From Nitrospirae bacterium GWF2_44_13 (GTDB lineage: Bacteria; Nitrospirota; Thermodesulfovibrionia; Thermodesulfovibrionales; UBA1546), in contig MHEE01000012.1 in the NCBI GenBank assembly GCA_001805105.1, positions 25,590-89,589 of the forward strand: a stretch of DNA of 64,000 nucleotides, given 5' to 3'. Shown in pieces: positions 51,699-62,396 of this stretch. Positions within the stretch are counted from its first letter, which is position 1, and each line of letters begins with the position of its first letter. The position numbers were made by a program, and so were the translations under genes. The notes under the pieces were generated by a model. The model saw only the letters and a program-made list of their open reading frames with translations. It did no database searches and had not been told where the DNA came from.

Positions 51699-52777
51699 TG
51701 AAAAAAGGCATCAACAAAAGACTTTCCTTTATCGACCGTTATCTGACAATCTGGATATTTGCTGCGATGGCTCTCGGAGTAGGCATCGGGTATTTCATGC
51801 CTGAAACTGAAGGATTCATCAACAAATTTCAGGTGGGCACCACAAACATCCCTATAGCTGTCGGGCTTATTCTTATGATGTACCCGCCGCTTGCAAAAGT
51901 AAAGTATGAAGAACTCGGCGAGGTCTTCAGAAATAAAAAGGTACTCGGCCTTTCTCTTGTCCAGAACTGGGTAATCGGGCCGGTTCTCATGTTCCTTCTG
52001 GCAATTATTTTTCTCCACGGGTATCCGGAATACATGGTCGGCCTTATAATGATAGGCCTTGCCCGCTGTATTGCCATGGTGATTGTATGGAATGACCTCG
52101 CCTGCGGCGACCCTGAGTATGCTGCCGGTTTAGTTGCCTTCAATTCCATATTTCAGGTGCTCTTCTATTCTGTATATGCCTATATATTTATCACTATACT
52201 GCCGGAATGGTTCGGGCTCAAAGGCGTGGTTGTTGGAGTCACTATCAGCCAGATTGCCGAAAGTGTTTTCATCTATCTGGGAATTCCCTTTATAGCAGGC
52301 ATGATTACTCGTTTCAGCTTGCTCAAAGCAAAGGGGCGGCAGTGGTATGAACAAGTGTTCATCCCAAAAATAAGCCCGGTTACTCTCATCTCGCTGCTCT
52401 TCACTATCATCGTCATGTTCTCTCTCAAGGGCAATTACATAGTCGAACTCCCGCTTGATGTCGTGCGTATTGCGATACCACTTCTCATTTACTTTGTCGT
52501 TATGTTCCTCGTCTCCTTCTATATGGGGCATAAACTCAAGACGGACTACGAAAAGACCACAACACTCTCATTTACTGCAGCAAGCAATAACTTTGAACTC
52601 GCTATTGCAGTTGCTGTTGCCGTCTTCGGTCTTGACTCTGGCATAGCCTTTGCCGCAGTCATAGGGCCTCTCGTAGAAGTGCCTGTGTTGATCGGTCTTG
52701 TCAATGTCGCACGGTATTTTCAGAAACGTTATTTTACTGTGAGATACTGCAGAATCAAGTCAACGGAACCGATGTAA
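51698..52777 (+). CDS. acr3: arsenite efflux transporter ACR3
   Basis: Ten-TM protein with the ACR3 signature region (GLARCIAMV). ATGA overlap with arsC. Confidence 0.92.
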   Translation: MKKGINKRLSFIDRYLTIWIFAAMALGVGIGYFMPETEGFINKFQVGTTNIPIAVGLILMMYPPLAKVKYEELGEVFRNKKVLGLSLVQNWVIGPVLMFLLAIIFLHGYPEYMVGLIMIGLARCIAMVIVWNDLACGDPEYAAGLVAFNSIFQVLFYSVYAYIFITILPEWFGLKGVVVGVTISQIAESVFIYLGIPFIAGMITRFSLLKAKGRQWYEQVFIPKISPVTLISLLFTIIVMFSLKGNYIVELPLDVVRIAIPLLIYFVVMFLVSFYMGHKLKTDYEKTTTLSFTAASNNFELAIAVAVAVFGLDSGIAFAAVIGPLVEVPVLIGLVNVARYFQKRYFTVRYCRIKSTEPM

Positions 52778-52792
52778 CTGATAAAGCATGGA

Positions 52793-53461
52793 TTAAAACA
52801 ACTGCAGAAGCTTCAGAAAAAGATTAACCATTGGAATCACGAAATAGTCTGCTATGTGAGTGTATATAAGGATAATTACGATTATAAAACCAAATGGCTC
52901 TATTTTGCTGAATAATATCGCCTGTTTATACGGAAGAAATCCGACGACAACCCTGCCTCCGTCAAGAGGCGGAATCGGGATGAGATTAAATGATGCCAAC
53001 ACAATGTTTATAATTATACTTGACCTTAGCATCATGGCAATCGGCTCTAAAACTGTAGCTGCTATGCCTTCAGGAGCAGCAATAGAAAGAGGAATAACTG
53101 CAAATTTCAGAATAAGAAGACTCACTATGGCAAGCAATACATTGGTAGTTGGTCCACCTGCTGCTGATATCGCCATATCCCTTCTTGGGTTTTTAAAATT
53201 CATGGGATTTATCGGAATAGGCTTCGCATAACCAAACACAAATTGGCCATTTGTAAAAATAAGCAGCAAAAAAGGCAGTAGTATAGTGCCGAACAGGTCT
53301 ATGTGGGCAATCGGATTTATTGTAAGCCGCCCCATCATCTTGGCAGTCGGGTCACCGAGTTTATTTGCAATAAAGCCATGTGACAGTTCGTGAAATGTTA
53401 TAGCAATCAGCACAGGAAGCGCTGATATAGCCAATTGTCTGAGAATTACAGAGGTGTCCAA
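52793..53461 (-). CDS. site-2 protease family (M50) zinc metalloprotease
   Basis: HELSHG zinc motif inside a TM helix, and the downstream NLIPIPPLDGG motif. Confidence 0.85.
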   Translation of the reverse strand: MDTSVILRQLAISALPVLIAITFHELSHGFIANKLGDPTAKMMGRLTINPIAHIDLFGTILLPFLLLIFTNGQFVFGYAKPIPINPMNFKNPRRDMAISAAGGPTTNVLLAIVSLLILKFAVIPLSIAAPEGIAATVLEPIAMMLRSSIIINIVLASFNLIPIPPLDGGRVVVGFLPYKQAILFSKIEPFGFIIVIILIYTHIADYFVIPMVNLFLKLLQLF

Positions 53462-53701
53462 TTATTTACCTTCTTAAACTTTCAAATAGTGTGCGGTATC
53501 TTCGTCCAAGGCAGTTTTAAATATAATAGTTTTGCCTGTTAAAGTCAATTAAGCTCTTCGAATAAATACTCTGACTGTGCATGGCTCTGGATTTTATGAT
53601 GGCATAATTCGTATAATTGAATATATTTACTGGCACTGAAGGTAACCCCTTTTAAAAAAATATTTCGGCGGCAGCGCCATAATCTTAAAGGAGAAAAACT
53701 G

Positions 53702-55489
53702 ATGCCTGCTTTGACAAAAAATGAAAAACTGAACAACTGGATTAAAGAAACTGCAGAAATGTGCCGGCCCGATGACATTTATTTATGTAACGGGACCAAA
53801 GAAGAATACAACCTCATGATTGAGAAATTGAAAGCAAGCGGCAGCGCCATTCCACTTAAAAAACGTCCTAACAGCTATCTTTTCCGCTCTGACCCCAGCG
53901 ATGTGGCGCGTATCGAAGACCACACATTCATAAGCACATCCTCAAAAGATGAAGCAGGACCTACGAACAACTGGATAGACCCTGTTGAATTGAAAAATAC
54001 AATGAAGAACCTTTACAAGGGCTGCATGAAGGGACGCACAATGTATGTAATCCCTTTTTCAATGGGGCCTGTAGGCTCGCCGATATCAAAGATAGGGGTA
54101 GAGATTACAGACAGCCCTTATGTTGTTATAAGCATGCATGTCATGACCCGTGTTAGCTCACGAGTCATTGAACTTCTTAATGCGGGTGAGGATTTTATTC
54201 CCTGCCTTCATTCAATAGGCGCGCCTTTGGACAAAGGACAGACGGATGTCCAGTGGCCCTGCGCTCCGATAGAAAAAAAATACATTAGCCATTTCCCTGA
54301 GGAAAATCTGATATGGTCTTATGGTTCAGGCTACGGAGGCAACGCTTTGCTCGGGAAAAAATGCCTCGGCCTGAGGATAGCCTCTGCAATTGCCAGAAGA
54401 GAAGGCTGGATGGCGGAACATATGGTGATACTCAGGCTTACCAACCCTGAGGGAAAACAGTATCACATTGCTGCCGCATTCCCGTCTGCCTGCGGCAAGA
54501 CTAATTTAGCCATGATGCTGCCTTCAGTTAAAGGCTGGAAATGCGAATGCATCGGCGACGACATTGCGTGGATGAAGATCGGCGCTGACGGACGCCTTTA
54601 TGCCATTAACCCGGAAAGCGGCTTCTTCGGCGTGGCTACCGGCACTTCTTATGACACCAATCCTATGGCAATGGATACCCTCAAAGAGAATGTTATTTTC
54701 ACTAACTGCGCGCTTACAGATGATGGTGATGTATGGTGGGAAGGTATTAATGATGATGTCCCATCCCATCTCATTGACTGGAAGGGGCAGGATTGGACTC
54801 CTGAAAGCAAGGGTGATGCGGCACATCCTAATGCACGGTTTACCGCGCCTGCGTCCCAGTGCCCCGTTATCTGCAAAGACTGGGAAAACCCTAATGGCGT
54901 TCCTATAGATATTTTTATATTCGGCGGAAGAAGGAGCAGTGTTGTCCCGCTTGTATATGAAGCCTTTTCATGGGATCACGGCGTATTCCTCGGCGCAACA
55001 GCAGCCTCCGAGACCACATTTGCCAATATCGGAGAAGTCGGCAGTCTGAGAAGGGATCCTTTTGCCATGAAACCTTTTTGCAGCTACAATATGGGTGATT
55101 ATTTTCAGCATTGGCTTAACATGGGCGACAGGCTCGGCTCCAAAGCCCCGAGGATTTTTTATGTTAACTGGTTCAGAAAAAACCATGATGGAAGATTTTT
55201 ATGGCCCGGATTCAGCGACAACAGCCGTGCGCTTAAGTGGATGTGCGAACGCATTGATGGCAAGGTTGGCGCAAAGAAATCAGCCATAGGTCTGTTGCCT
55301 GTGGATCGCGGCCTTGACCTTAATGGCATAGGGCTATCTCCTAAAAACATGGAAGAACTGATGGAGGTTGACCTTAAGGAGTGGAAGGCTGAGATACCTG
55401 ATATTGAGAAACATTTTGCAGTGTTCGGAAACCGTCTTCCTGAAAGGCTCAAGAAACAGTTGAAGGAACTCGCAGAGCGCCTTGGATAA
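53702..55489 (+). CDS. pckG: phosphoenolpyruvate carboxykinase (GTP)
   Basis: SACGKTN kinase-1a motif, GDDIAWM, and the FGGRR region. 595 aa. Confidence 0.95.
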   Translation: MPALTKNEKLNNWIKETAEMCRPDDIYLCNGTKEEYNLMIEKLKASGSAIPLKKRPNSYLFRSDPSDVARIEDHTFISTSSKDEAGPTNNWIDPVELKNTMKNLYKGCMKGRTMYVIPFSMGPVGSPISKIGVEITDSPYVVISMHVMTRVSSRVIELLNAGEDFIPCLHSIGAPLDKGQTDVQWPCAPIEKKYISHFPEENLIWSYGSGYGGNALLGKKCLGLRIASAIARREGWMAEHMVILRLTNPEGKQYHIAAAFPSACGKTNLAMMLPSVKGWKCECIGDDIAWMKIGADGRLYAINPESGFFGVATGTSYDTNPMAMDTLKENVIFTNCALTDDGDVWWEGINDDVPSHLIDWKGQDWTPESKGDAAHPNARFTAPASQCPVICKDWENPNGVPIDIFIFGGRRSSVVPLVYEAFSWDHGVFLGATAASETTFANIGEVGSLRRDPFAMKPFCSYNMGDYFQHWLNMGDRLGSKAPRIFYVNWFRKNHDGRFLWPGFSDNSRALKWMCERIDGKVGAKKSAIGLLPVDRGLDLNGIGLSPKNMEELMEVDLKEWKAEIPDIEKHFAVFGNRLPERLKKQLKELAERLG

Positions 55490-55494
55490 TAAGT

Positions 55495-57210
55495 TTGGAA
55501 AAGACACTCTCAAAAAAATCTCTCGTCAATGTCTTAGGGGTTGTGTATGTCCACACAAAAACCAGTGACGGCGGAGACCTGTATCTCACGCGTTTTGCCG
55601 AACCCTATGAAGAACATTTTGATATCACAAACTGGTACGAAAAAAATTGGTTTGACGAGCACAAGATACGGCTTAAAGGCACAAGTTCTGTTTACAGGCT
55701 CCCCACAAAAGAGGTTAAGGGTAAAAGCCTTGACCTTGTAGTCAAAAATTGCCGCGTTGGAGAGGATGTGCCTCTGGATACGCATACGCTGGAAGAATTT
55801 TGTGACGCAGAGTTCAACAGCCCGTGGGAAGAGTTTTCTTTGGTTACGGAAATGCGCGAAAACACCTATGGCCCGAAAGAGATGAGGGTTAACACACAGC
55901 GGCCCATGGCTATTTATGTCCCGCCTGAAAAAATGCAGTTCTGGCAGAGCGGAAGGTCGCGCGAAAAAATCAACCGCATCAGGGCAAAACATCCGGGCAT
56001 TGATCTGGATATATTAAAACAGTACAAACTCATCTACGAATGGATTAAAGGCAAAAATCTTATCGAAGTTTTTGAACTTATCAATGTGGACAGCACTGAG
56101 CTTGTAAGCCATCTCAAAAAGATTAACTACATGGGGATAGGCGACCTAAACAAGAAAGGATACCTCGTTGCTGATATGAAGCCGGAACATATCATAATCA
56201 GTGAAGAGAACACTGAACGCATCAAGGAAATCGGCAGCGCTCAGGATATAGACGCTCCGAGGAAACAGACAGAACTGTTATATCAACTGCTGAATGACGG
56301 CAAATATTCTGTGATTGATTATGAACTCCTTTCACGCACACCGGAGCATGAGGATGCGGTTAAATCTTCCCGGAGGCATTCCTATCTGGATGACCAGCTT
56401 AACCGTTTCACGCCGACTCCTTTGCCCACTCATCTGTCTTATAAAGAAATCTTCGGGGTGCCCTACATTTATGGACACGCAGAGAGCACCGGAGGCAGGT
56501 TGTGGGTTGTTGGAAAAAATGCGCATCTGTTCGATTATTTTCTGCCTGAGAGGTGGAGGAAGACGCCTTCCATCAGATTGTCATTTTCAAAGGAAGTATT
56601 CTATACGATAACAAAAGACAACATTCACCTTGTCTGGAAAACTTCCCGTGTCGGTGAAATGCATAACATAGAGGAGAACGGCAGCTATAATCCTAAAATC
56701 CGCCAGTTCGGGATAAACAGCCCGTTTGAAGAATTTGCTTTATCCTATGAACTTAACAGGACTGGAATCCCCTGTGTTTATGTAAGGGCAATATACATGA
56801 CCGGAAGCGCAAAAATAGAGCCGTCAACTGATATGAGAAGATACGAGTCTCACAAAAGCATTCTTGATCCTGAAGGCAATCCCATTCTTCAGGAGAATCA
56901 TAACTACATAACAATCAGGGGATATTACAACGGGCCGGACCAATGGGTTGCAGAGCACAGCGATGCCTTATACACTCCGATAGATCTTTACAAGGCTACT
57001 TACAGAGGCATTATTGATGGGGCAGAATGTCAGAAACTTTTAGATGAGGTAAAAGAAAAATTAAAGAATGCCGGATATAACGGCTCTTTGCTGAAAACCA
57101 ACGACCTCCTGCTGGCAATAGATGATAAAGGGGATATTATGAAAAACAGTTCAGGAAAACCTGAAGTCATCATCTGTAACTTTGAACTTATCTGGAAAAT
57201 CCCCTCATGA
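55495..57210 (+). CDS. hypothetical protein with two Kdo/RIO-like protein-kinase-fold halves
   Basis: Catalytic-loop-like YLVADMKPEHIII and IDYE in the first half. The halves share VKNCRVGE...FNSPWEEF and WKTSRVGE...INSPFEEF. The second half is degenerate (LKTNDLLL, CNFE). TTG start is uncertain. Confidence 0.5.
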   Translation: MEKTLSKKSLVNVLGVVYVHTKTSDGGDLYLTRFAEPYEEHFDITNWYEKNWFDEHKIRLKGTSSVYRLPTKEVKGKSLDLVVKNCRVGEDVPLDTHTLEEFCDAEFNSPWEEFSLVTEMRENTYGPKEMRVNTQRPMAIYVPPEKMQFWQSGRSREKINRIRAKHPGIDLDILKQYKLIYEWIKGKNLIEVFELINVDSTELVSHLKKINYMGIGDLNKKGYLVADMKPEHIIISEENTERIKEIGSAQDIDAPRKQTELLYQLLNDGKYSVIDYELLSRTPEHEDAVKSSRRHSYLDDQLNRFTPTPLPTHLSYKEIFGVPYIYGHAESTGGRLWVVGKNAHLFDYFLPERWRKTPSIRLSFSKEVFYTITKDNIHLVWKTSRVGEMHNIEENGSYNPKIRQFGINSPFEEFALSYELNRTGIPCVYVRAIYMTGSAKIEPSTDMRRYESHKSILDPEGNPILQENHNYITIRGYYNGPDQWVAEHSDALYTPIDLYKATYRGIIDGAECQKLLDEVKEKLKNAGYNGSLLKTNDLLLAIDDKGDIMKNSSGKPEVIICNFELIWKIPS

Positions 57211-57274
57211 TTTCTCCTTGACTTGTCTGTTCGCTTTCTCCTAAAATTCAATAAAAACAAGAGGAGGATTTAGG

Positions 57275-57514
57275 ATGAAAAACTTAATTGCCGCTGTTGT
57301 TTTGTTGATATTCGCTGCTACGCCTGCATTTGCGCAGATGAAGCCCTGTGAAGAACTCCTGACAGAGATTGACGCCAAGATTCAGGCAAAAGGCGTAAAG
57401 AAGTTTAGCCTTGAAATCGTTCCGAATGAAAAAGCTGTTGATGTCAAGGACGGAAAAGTAGTCGGAACCTGCGACGGCGGGACTAAGAAGATAATTTACA
57501 AACGGGGGAAGTGA
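57275..57514 (+). CDS. DUF1161-like small secreted protein
   Basis: Signal peptide ending AFA-Q, then KPCEEL...I.AK...KGVK.FSLEIV....GKVVGTCDGGTKKI.Y.RG, matching my recollection of the DUF1161 pattern. Confidence 0.7.
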   Translation: MKNLIAAVVLLIFAATPAFAQMKPCEELLTEIDAKIQAKGVKKFSLEIVPNEKAVDVKDGKVVGTCDGGTKKIIYKRGK

Positions 57515-58341
57515 AGACACGCATCAGCAACAAGCGCGACTTTTTTCATTTCCTTAACATCATGAACCCTGATGATGTTTGCGCCGTTTAAAATTGAGAT
57601 TGCAACCGCAGCGGCAGTTCCTTCAAGCCTCTCTGAAGCAGGCGCATCGCCAAGAATCTTTCCTATGAATGCCTTTCTTGATACTCCAACAAGCAATGGT
57701 TTTTCAAGGAGAGTGAACTCATACAGGTTTTTTATTATCTCAAGGTTATGCTCAAAGGTCTTCCCAAAACCAATTCCGGGGTCTATGATAATTTTCTCTT
57801 CTGCAATTCCTGATTTCATGGCAAGTCTTATGCTTTCTCTGAGGTAATCCATAATCTCAGGGATTAACGCCTCGTATTGGGGATTTACCTGCATATTCTT
57901 GGGCGTCCCTTTTATGTGCATGATAACAACAGGGACTTTATATTTCGAGACAACCTTCGGCATCTCAGGGTCAAATCTTAAACCGCTTATGTCATTAACA
58001 ATTGATGCGCCTGCATCCAAGGCCCTTTTTGCAACCTCTGCCTTATATGTGTCAATCGATATTGGGACTTTAAAATTTTTTGCGAGCGCTTCAATGACTG
58101 GGATTGTGCGGCTTATCTCTTCTTCAAGGGGAACAGGCTCAGAGCCGGGCCTTGTTGATTCTCCGCCGATGTCAATGATATCAGCGCCTTCTTCAACCAT
58201 CTCATAAGCCCTTCTGATTGCCACAGATTTGTCAAAATACCGCCCTCCGTCTGAAAAAGAATCAGGCGTGACATTAAGAATGCCCATGAGACAGGTTTTT
58301 TCAGAAAAATCCAGAGAGAAACTTTGCCAGTTCAGCTTCAA
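57496..58341 (-). CDS. folP: dihydropteroate synthase
   Basis: [15 protein letters not shown] and [10 protein letters not shown] motifs. Confidence 0.93.
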   Translation of the reverse strand: MKLNWQSFSLDFSEKTCLMGILNVTPDSFSDGGRYFDKSVAIRRAYEMVEEGADIIDIGGESTRPGSEPVPLEEEISRTIPVIEALAKNFKVPISIDTYKAEVAKRALDAGASIVNDISGLRFDPEMPKVVSKYKVPVVIMHIKGTPKNMQVNPQYEALIPEIMDYLRESIRLAMKSGIAEEKIIIDPGIGFGKTFEHNLEIIKNLYEFTLLEKPLLVGVSRKAFIGKILGDAPASERLEGTAAAVAISILNGANIIRVHDVKEMKKVALVADACLHFPRL

Positions 58342-60146
58342 GCCTGCAAAGCCTTTTTTGATTCAAATTCTTTTACAAGCGCCTCTATCTCTATGGCGTC
58401 CATCGTCTCTTTTTCAAGAAGCGCCTTTGCAAGGGCTTCAAGGAAATCATAATTCTCGGAAACAATTGCCTTTGCGCTTTCATACGCCTCAATGACTAAG
58501 CGTTTTACCTCTTCGTCAATGTCCGTAGCGGTCTTTTCGCTGTAGTCTTTATGCTTTGCTATCTCTCTTCCGAGGAATATCTGCTCGTCTTTCTTGCCGA
58601 ATGTCAGCGGCCCGAGTTTTTCGCTCATGCCCCATTCCGTAACCATCCGCCTTGCAAGCTCGGTAGCTCGTTCAAGGTCATTGCCTGCGCCTGTGGTCAT
58701 ATGTTTTAAGGCAATCTCTTCAGCCGCCCTTCCGCCAAGCAGGACATCAAGCGTCTTTAAGAGATAATCCTTTGAATATGTGTATCTGTCGTCTATGGGA
58801 AGCTGCTGTGTTACGCCAAGCGCCCTTCCGCGGGGAATGATGCTCACCTTATGTATAGGGTCAGTTCCCGGAGTAAGCTTTGCAACAAGCGTATGCCCTG
58901 CCTCATGATAAGCAGTGTTCTTCTTTTCTTCCTCGCTTATTATCATGCTCTTTCGCTCAACACCCATGAGAACTTTATCCTTTGCGAATTCAAAATCAGA
59001 CATATCAACATTGGTCTTTGATTTTCTTGCGGCAAGAAGAGCTGCCTCATTTACAAGATTCGCAAGGTCAGCGCCTGTAAATCCCGGCGCCCCTCTCGCA
59101 ATAACCTCAAGTTTAACGTTTTCATCTAACGGTATATTCTTGGTATGCACCTTTAATATCTCAAGCCTGCCCTTAACATCAGGCACAGGCACCACAACCT
59201 GTCTGTCAAATCTGCCCGGCCTAAGAAGCGCCGGATCAAGCACGTCCGGCCTGTTGGTGGCTGCAAGGATTATCACGCCCTCGTTGCCTTCAAAGCCATC
59301 CATCTCAACCAGCAGCTGATTTAATGTCTGTTCTCTCTCGTCATGGCCGCCGCCGATCCCTGCCCCCCTGTGGCGGCCGACAGCGTCTATCTCATCAATA
59401 AATATTATGCACGGCGCGCTTTTCTTTGCCTGTTCAAATAAATCCCGCACCCGTGATGCGCCGACTCCGACAAACATCTCAACAAAGTCAGAGCCTGATA
59501 TTGAAAAAAACGGGACTCCGGCTTCTCCGGCAATTGCCTTTGCAAGCAGGGTCTTCCCCGTGCCGGGAGCGCCCACAAGAAGCACGCCCTTGGGTATTTT
59601 GCCTCCGAGTTTTGAAAATTTCTGGGGCGACTTTAGAAAATCTATTATCTCCTGAACTTCTTCTTTTGCCTCTTCTATCCCCGCCACATCGGAAAAGTTT
59701 ATTTTTACAGCCTTATCAGACATGAGCTTTGCCTTGCTTTTTCCGAAAGACAATGCCTTATTCCCTCCGGTCTGCATCTGCCGCATAAAGAATATCCATA
59801 TGAGCACAAGAAATATTATAGGCCCCCATGAGAAAAAGAAATTCACATACCACGGATTCTGTTCAGGCGGCTTTGCGGTAATCTTCACTCCTTTTGCCTT
59901 CAAATCCTTCACAAGGTCAGGGTATGCGGCCAGGTATGTTTTAAACTTTTTCCCGTCTCTCAAACGTCCTGTTACATAGTTTTCAGTTATAACAACCTCT
60001 TCAACGCTCCCTGCGTCAAGCTTTGCCATGAATTCGGAGAATATCATCTCCTCTTCAACCTTCTTCGGCGCATTCAGGAGATTAAAGAGGAGAATTGTCA
60101 TCACTATCATCAGCATCCAGACAAAGACATTTCTATACTTGTTCAA
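58338..60146 (-). CDS. ftsH: ATP-dependent zinc metalloprotease FtsH
   Basis: Walker A GAPGTGKT, the SRH region, and the HEAGH zinc motif. Confidence 0.97.
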   Translation of the reverse strand: MNKYRNVFVWMLMIVMTILLFNLLNAPKKVEEEMIFSEFMAKLDAGSVEEVVITENYVTGRLRDGKKFKTYLAAYPDLVKDLKAKGVKITAKPPEQNPWYVNFFFSWGPIIFLVLIWIFFMRQMQTGGNKALSFGKSKAKLMSDKAVKINFSDVAGIEEAKEEVQEIIDFLKSPQKFSKLGGKIPKGVLLVGAPGTGKTLLAKAIAGEAGVPFFSISGSDFVEMFVGVGASRVRDLFEQAKKSAPCIIFIDEIDAVGRHRGAGIGGGHDEREQTLNQLLVEMDGFEGNEGVIILAATNRPDVLDPALLRPGRFDRQVVVPVPDVKGRLEILKVHTKNIPLDENVKLEVIARGAPGFTGADLANLVNEAALLAARKSKTNVDMSDFEFAKDKVLMGVERKSMIISEEEKKNTAYHEAGHTLVAKLTPGTDPIHKVSIIPRGRALGVTQQLPIDDRYTYSKDYLLKTLDVLLGGRAAEEIALKHMTTGAGNDLERATELARRMVTEWGMSEKLGPLTFGKKDEQIFLGREIAKHKDYSEKTATDIDEEVKRLVIEAYESAKAIVSENYDFLEALAKALLEKETMDAIEIEALVKEFESKKALQA

Positions 60147-60188
60147 ATCTTCCTCCTTGAATATATTCCTGATATTTTACCACATTAT

Positions 60189-60923
60189 CTAAAAGCTAAG
60201 CACATCATCAATTTTAACAATACTTTTCTGAACTTCCACCAGCTTCTTAATCCCGTCTCCCGCCAAATCTATAAGCCTGTCGTGGGCCTTTCTTGAAAAC
60301 GGAATCCCCTCTGCCGTGCCCTGCACCTCAACAAAATTCCCGCTGCCTGTCATAACGACATTCATATCAACCTCTGCCATGGAATCCTCGGCATAACTCA
60401 GGTCAAGAACAGGCTGTCCGTTCACAATGCCTACGCTGACAGCCGCAAGATAATCTTTTAACGGCATCCTTTCCAGTATCCCTGTTTTAAGGGCATTTCT
60501 GAGCGCATCCGCAAGGCAGATAAATGCGCCTGTTATGCTCACTGTTCTTGTGCTGCCGTCTGCCTCTATTACATCGCAGTCTATCCATACTGTCCTTTCA
60601 CCGAGTATGCCAAGGTCCACAACTGACCTTAACGCCCTTCCTATAAGCCTCTGTATCTCGTGCGTCCTTCCGCCAACCCTTCCCGTGCTTGACTCGCGCA
60701 CTACCCTTGTATGAGACGACTTCGGCAACATTGAATACTCTGCGGTAACCCATCCTTTTTTCTGATCCTTCATGAACTGGGGGACTTTTTCTTCAATTGA
60801 TGCCGTGCAGATAACCCTTGTGTTTCCCATCTCAATAAGCACAGAGCCGTCCGCTGTCCCTACAAATCCCCTTGTGATTTTCAATTTTCTCAGTTCTGTG
60901 TTTGCCCTGTTGTCAATCCTCAT
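60189..60923 (-). CDS. rph: ribonuclease PH
   Basis: Typical N-terminus (R.D.R...LR...I) and the [11 protein letters not shown] phosphate-binding motif. Confidence 0.95.
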   Translation of the reverse strand: MRIDNRANTELRKLKITRGFVGTADGSVLIEMGNTRVICTASIEEKVPQFMKDQKKGWVTAEYSMLPKSSHTRVVRESSTGRVGGRTHEIQRLIGRALRSVVDLGILGERTVWIDCDVIEADGSTRTVSITGAFICLADALRNALKTGILERMPLKDYLAAVSVGIVNGQPVLDLSYAEDSMAEVDMNVVMTGSGNFVEVQGTAEGIPFSRKAHDRLIDLAGDGIKKLVEVQKSIVKIDDVLSF

Positions 60924-60936
60924 CTATCCTCCAGAT

Positions 60937-61746
60937 TTATAATTCTATCTTTTCTATCCGTTCTATCTTCTGCTGAAGAAATCTTTCTCCTACATTTACA
61001 AAGCGCTCAGGAGAATCGGTGACATAGAATTCCCTTAATGGTTTTTCCTTCAGCTTTCTCTCCATGCCGTCTTTTTTTAATGTCCCCGCTGTTCTCTTGG
61101 CTGTCTCAACAGCAGAATCAATAAGCCCTATATCAGGGCCCATAACCTCTGCAATAACCTTTTTGAGCAGGGGATAATGCGTACACCCTAAAACAAGCGT
61201 ATCCACCCCCTTCTCTTTCACCTTTCTTAAGTATTTTTCCGCAACCATCACTGCGATTTCTCCTTCTGTCCACCCTTCCTCAACCAGCGGGACAAAGAGA
61301 GGGCATGAAAATCCGAATACCTGCACACTGCCGTCAATCGCTTCTATTGCCTTCTTATATGCGCTGCTTCTGATGGTCGCCTCTGTTCCTATTACGCCGA
61401 TTTTTTTATTCCTTGTGCTCTTTACCGCCTCGCTCGCGCCCGGCTCTATAACGCCGATAACCGGAACTGGCACGCTTTTCCTTATTGCTTCAAGACTGAC
61501 AGAGGATGCGGTATTGCACGCAACAACAAGAAGTTTTATGCCCTTTGACGCGAGAAACCGCACATTCTCAAAAGAATACCTTGTTACGGTTTCGGGTGAC
61601 CTTATGCCGTAAGGCACCCTTGCCGTATCTCCGAGATATATTGTGTTTTCATCCGGCAATAACCTGAATATCTCCTTGAGGGCAGTAAGCCCGCCCACTC
61701 CGGAATCAAAAACACCTATAGGACTGTTGTTATTTATCTCATTCAT
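60937..61746 (-). CDS. murI: glutamate racemase
   Basis: GVFDSGVGGLT, the VVACNTAS catalytic Cys, and the second catalytic Cys in GCTHYP. Confidence 0.93.
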   Translation of the reverse strand: MNEINNNSPIGVFDSGVGGLTALKEIFRLLPDENTIYLGDTARVPYGIRSPETVTRYSFENVRFLASKGIKLLVVACNTASSVSLEAIRKSVPVPVIGVIEPGASEAVKSTRNKKIGVIGTEATIRSSAYKKAIEAIDGSVQVFGFSCPLFVPLVEEGWTEGEIAVMVAEKYLRKVKEKGVDTLVLGCTHYPLLKKVIAEVMGPDIGLIDSAVETAKRTAGTLKKDGMERKLKEKPLREFYVTDSPERFVNVGERFLQQKIERIEKIEL

Positions 61747-62396
61747 CGGAAATTAAATTTATTCTCCTTTTCTCCTGTCGGCCCCGGCATCTCCCCAGCG
61801 GCCCCGAGTTGATCGGGGAATCTCGCCGAGGCGGAAGAAACCATATCCTTTAACGGATAAGAAAGATATAAATGCCCTCCGAGGCTTTCCATCTCTCTCC
61901 CCTCAATCAATATCTTCACATCGGTTATATCATACACATTAGACATAAGGCTCTCATATAACCCTCTCAACAGCAGAAACTCTGCCGCCGCATCGCCGCC
62001 GAAGTTTCTCCTGAATTCATCCGACAGGTCAACATAGAGCATGCCGTCATCACCTTTGTATAAACCTATAAGCCTCGCATCTTTTGGTATTTCCGAAACG
62101 CTTACGTTAACAGGGCCTTTAAAAAATTCGCTTATCACCGCCTCTGCAACGGTCATCTGCGGCGTCTTCCTCTGCGCCTTTCTCTCCTCCATCTGCAATC
62201 TTCCGCCTGCAGGATAGTAGATTCTGAGAGTGAACATCTCTTCTATCATACTGCCAATTTTTTCTTCAGTCTCTTTGTCCCCGATCCGATCGGGGGGCGA
62301 AGGAAACTTTTTTGAGAAATAAAAATAGCCTCCTGTCATGCCCGCCGCAAAAAGCAGGAGGAAGGCCGGTATCCACAAATATTTTTTACTGGCCAT
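61743..62396 (-). CDS. GerMN domain-containing membrane-anchored protein
   Basis: N-terminal TM segment, then a GerMN-like core (FTLRIYY......L..E.R......P..A.I.E...GP). Sits between amidase and murI, with overlaps at both ends. Confidence 0.65.
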   Translation of the reverse strand: MASKKYLWIPAFLLLFAAGMTGGYFYFSKKFPSPPDRIGDKETEEKIGSMIEEMFTLRIYYPAGGRLQMEERKAQRKTPQMTVAEAVISEFFKGPVNVSVSEIPKDARLIGLYKGDDGMLYVDLSDEFRRNFGGDAAAEFLLLRGLYESLMSNVYDITDVKILIEGREMESLGGHLYLSYPLKDMVSSASARFPDQLGAAGEMPGPTGEKENKFNFR

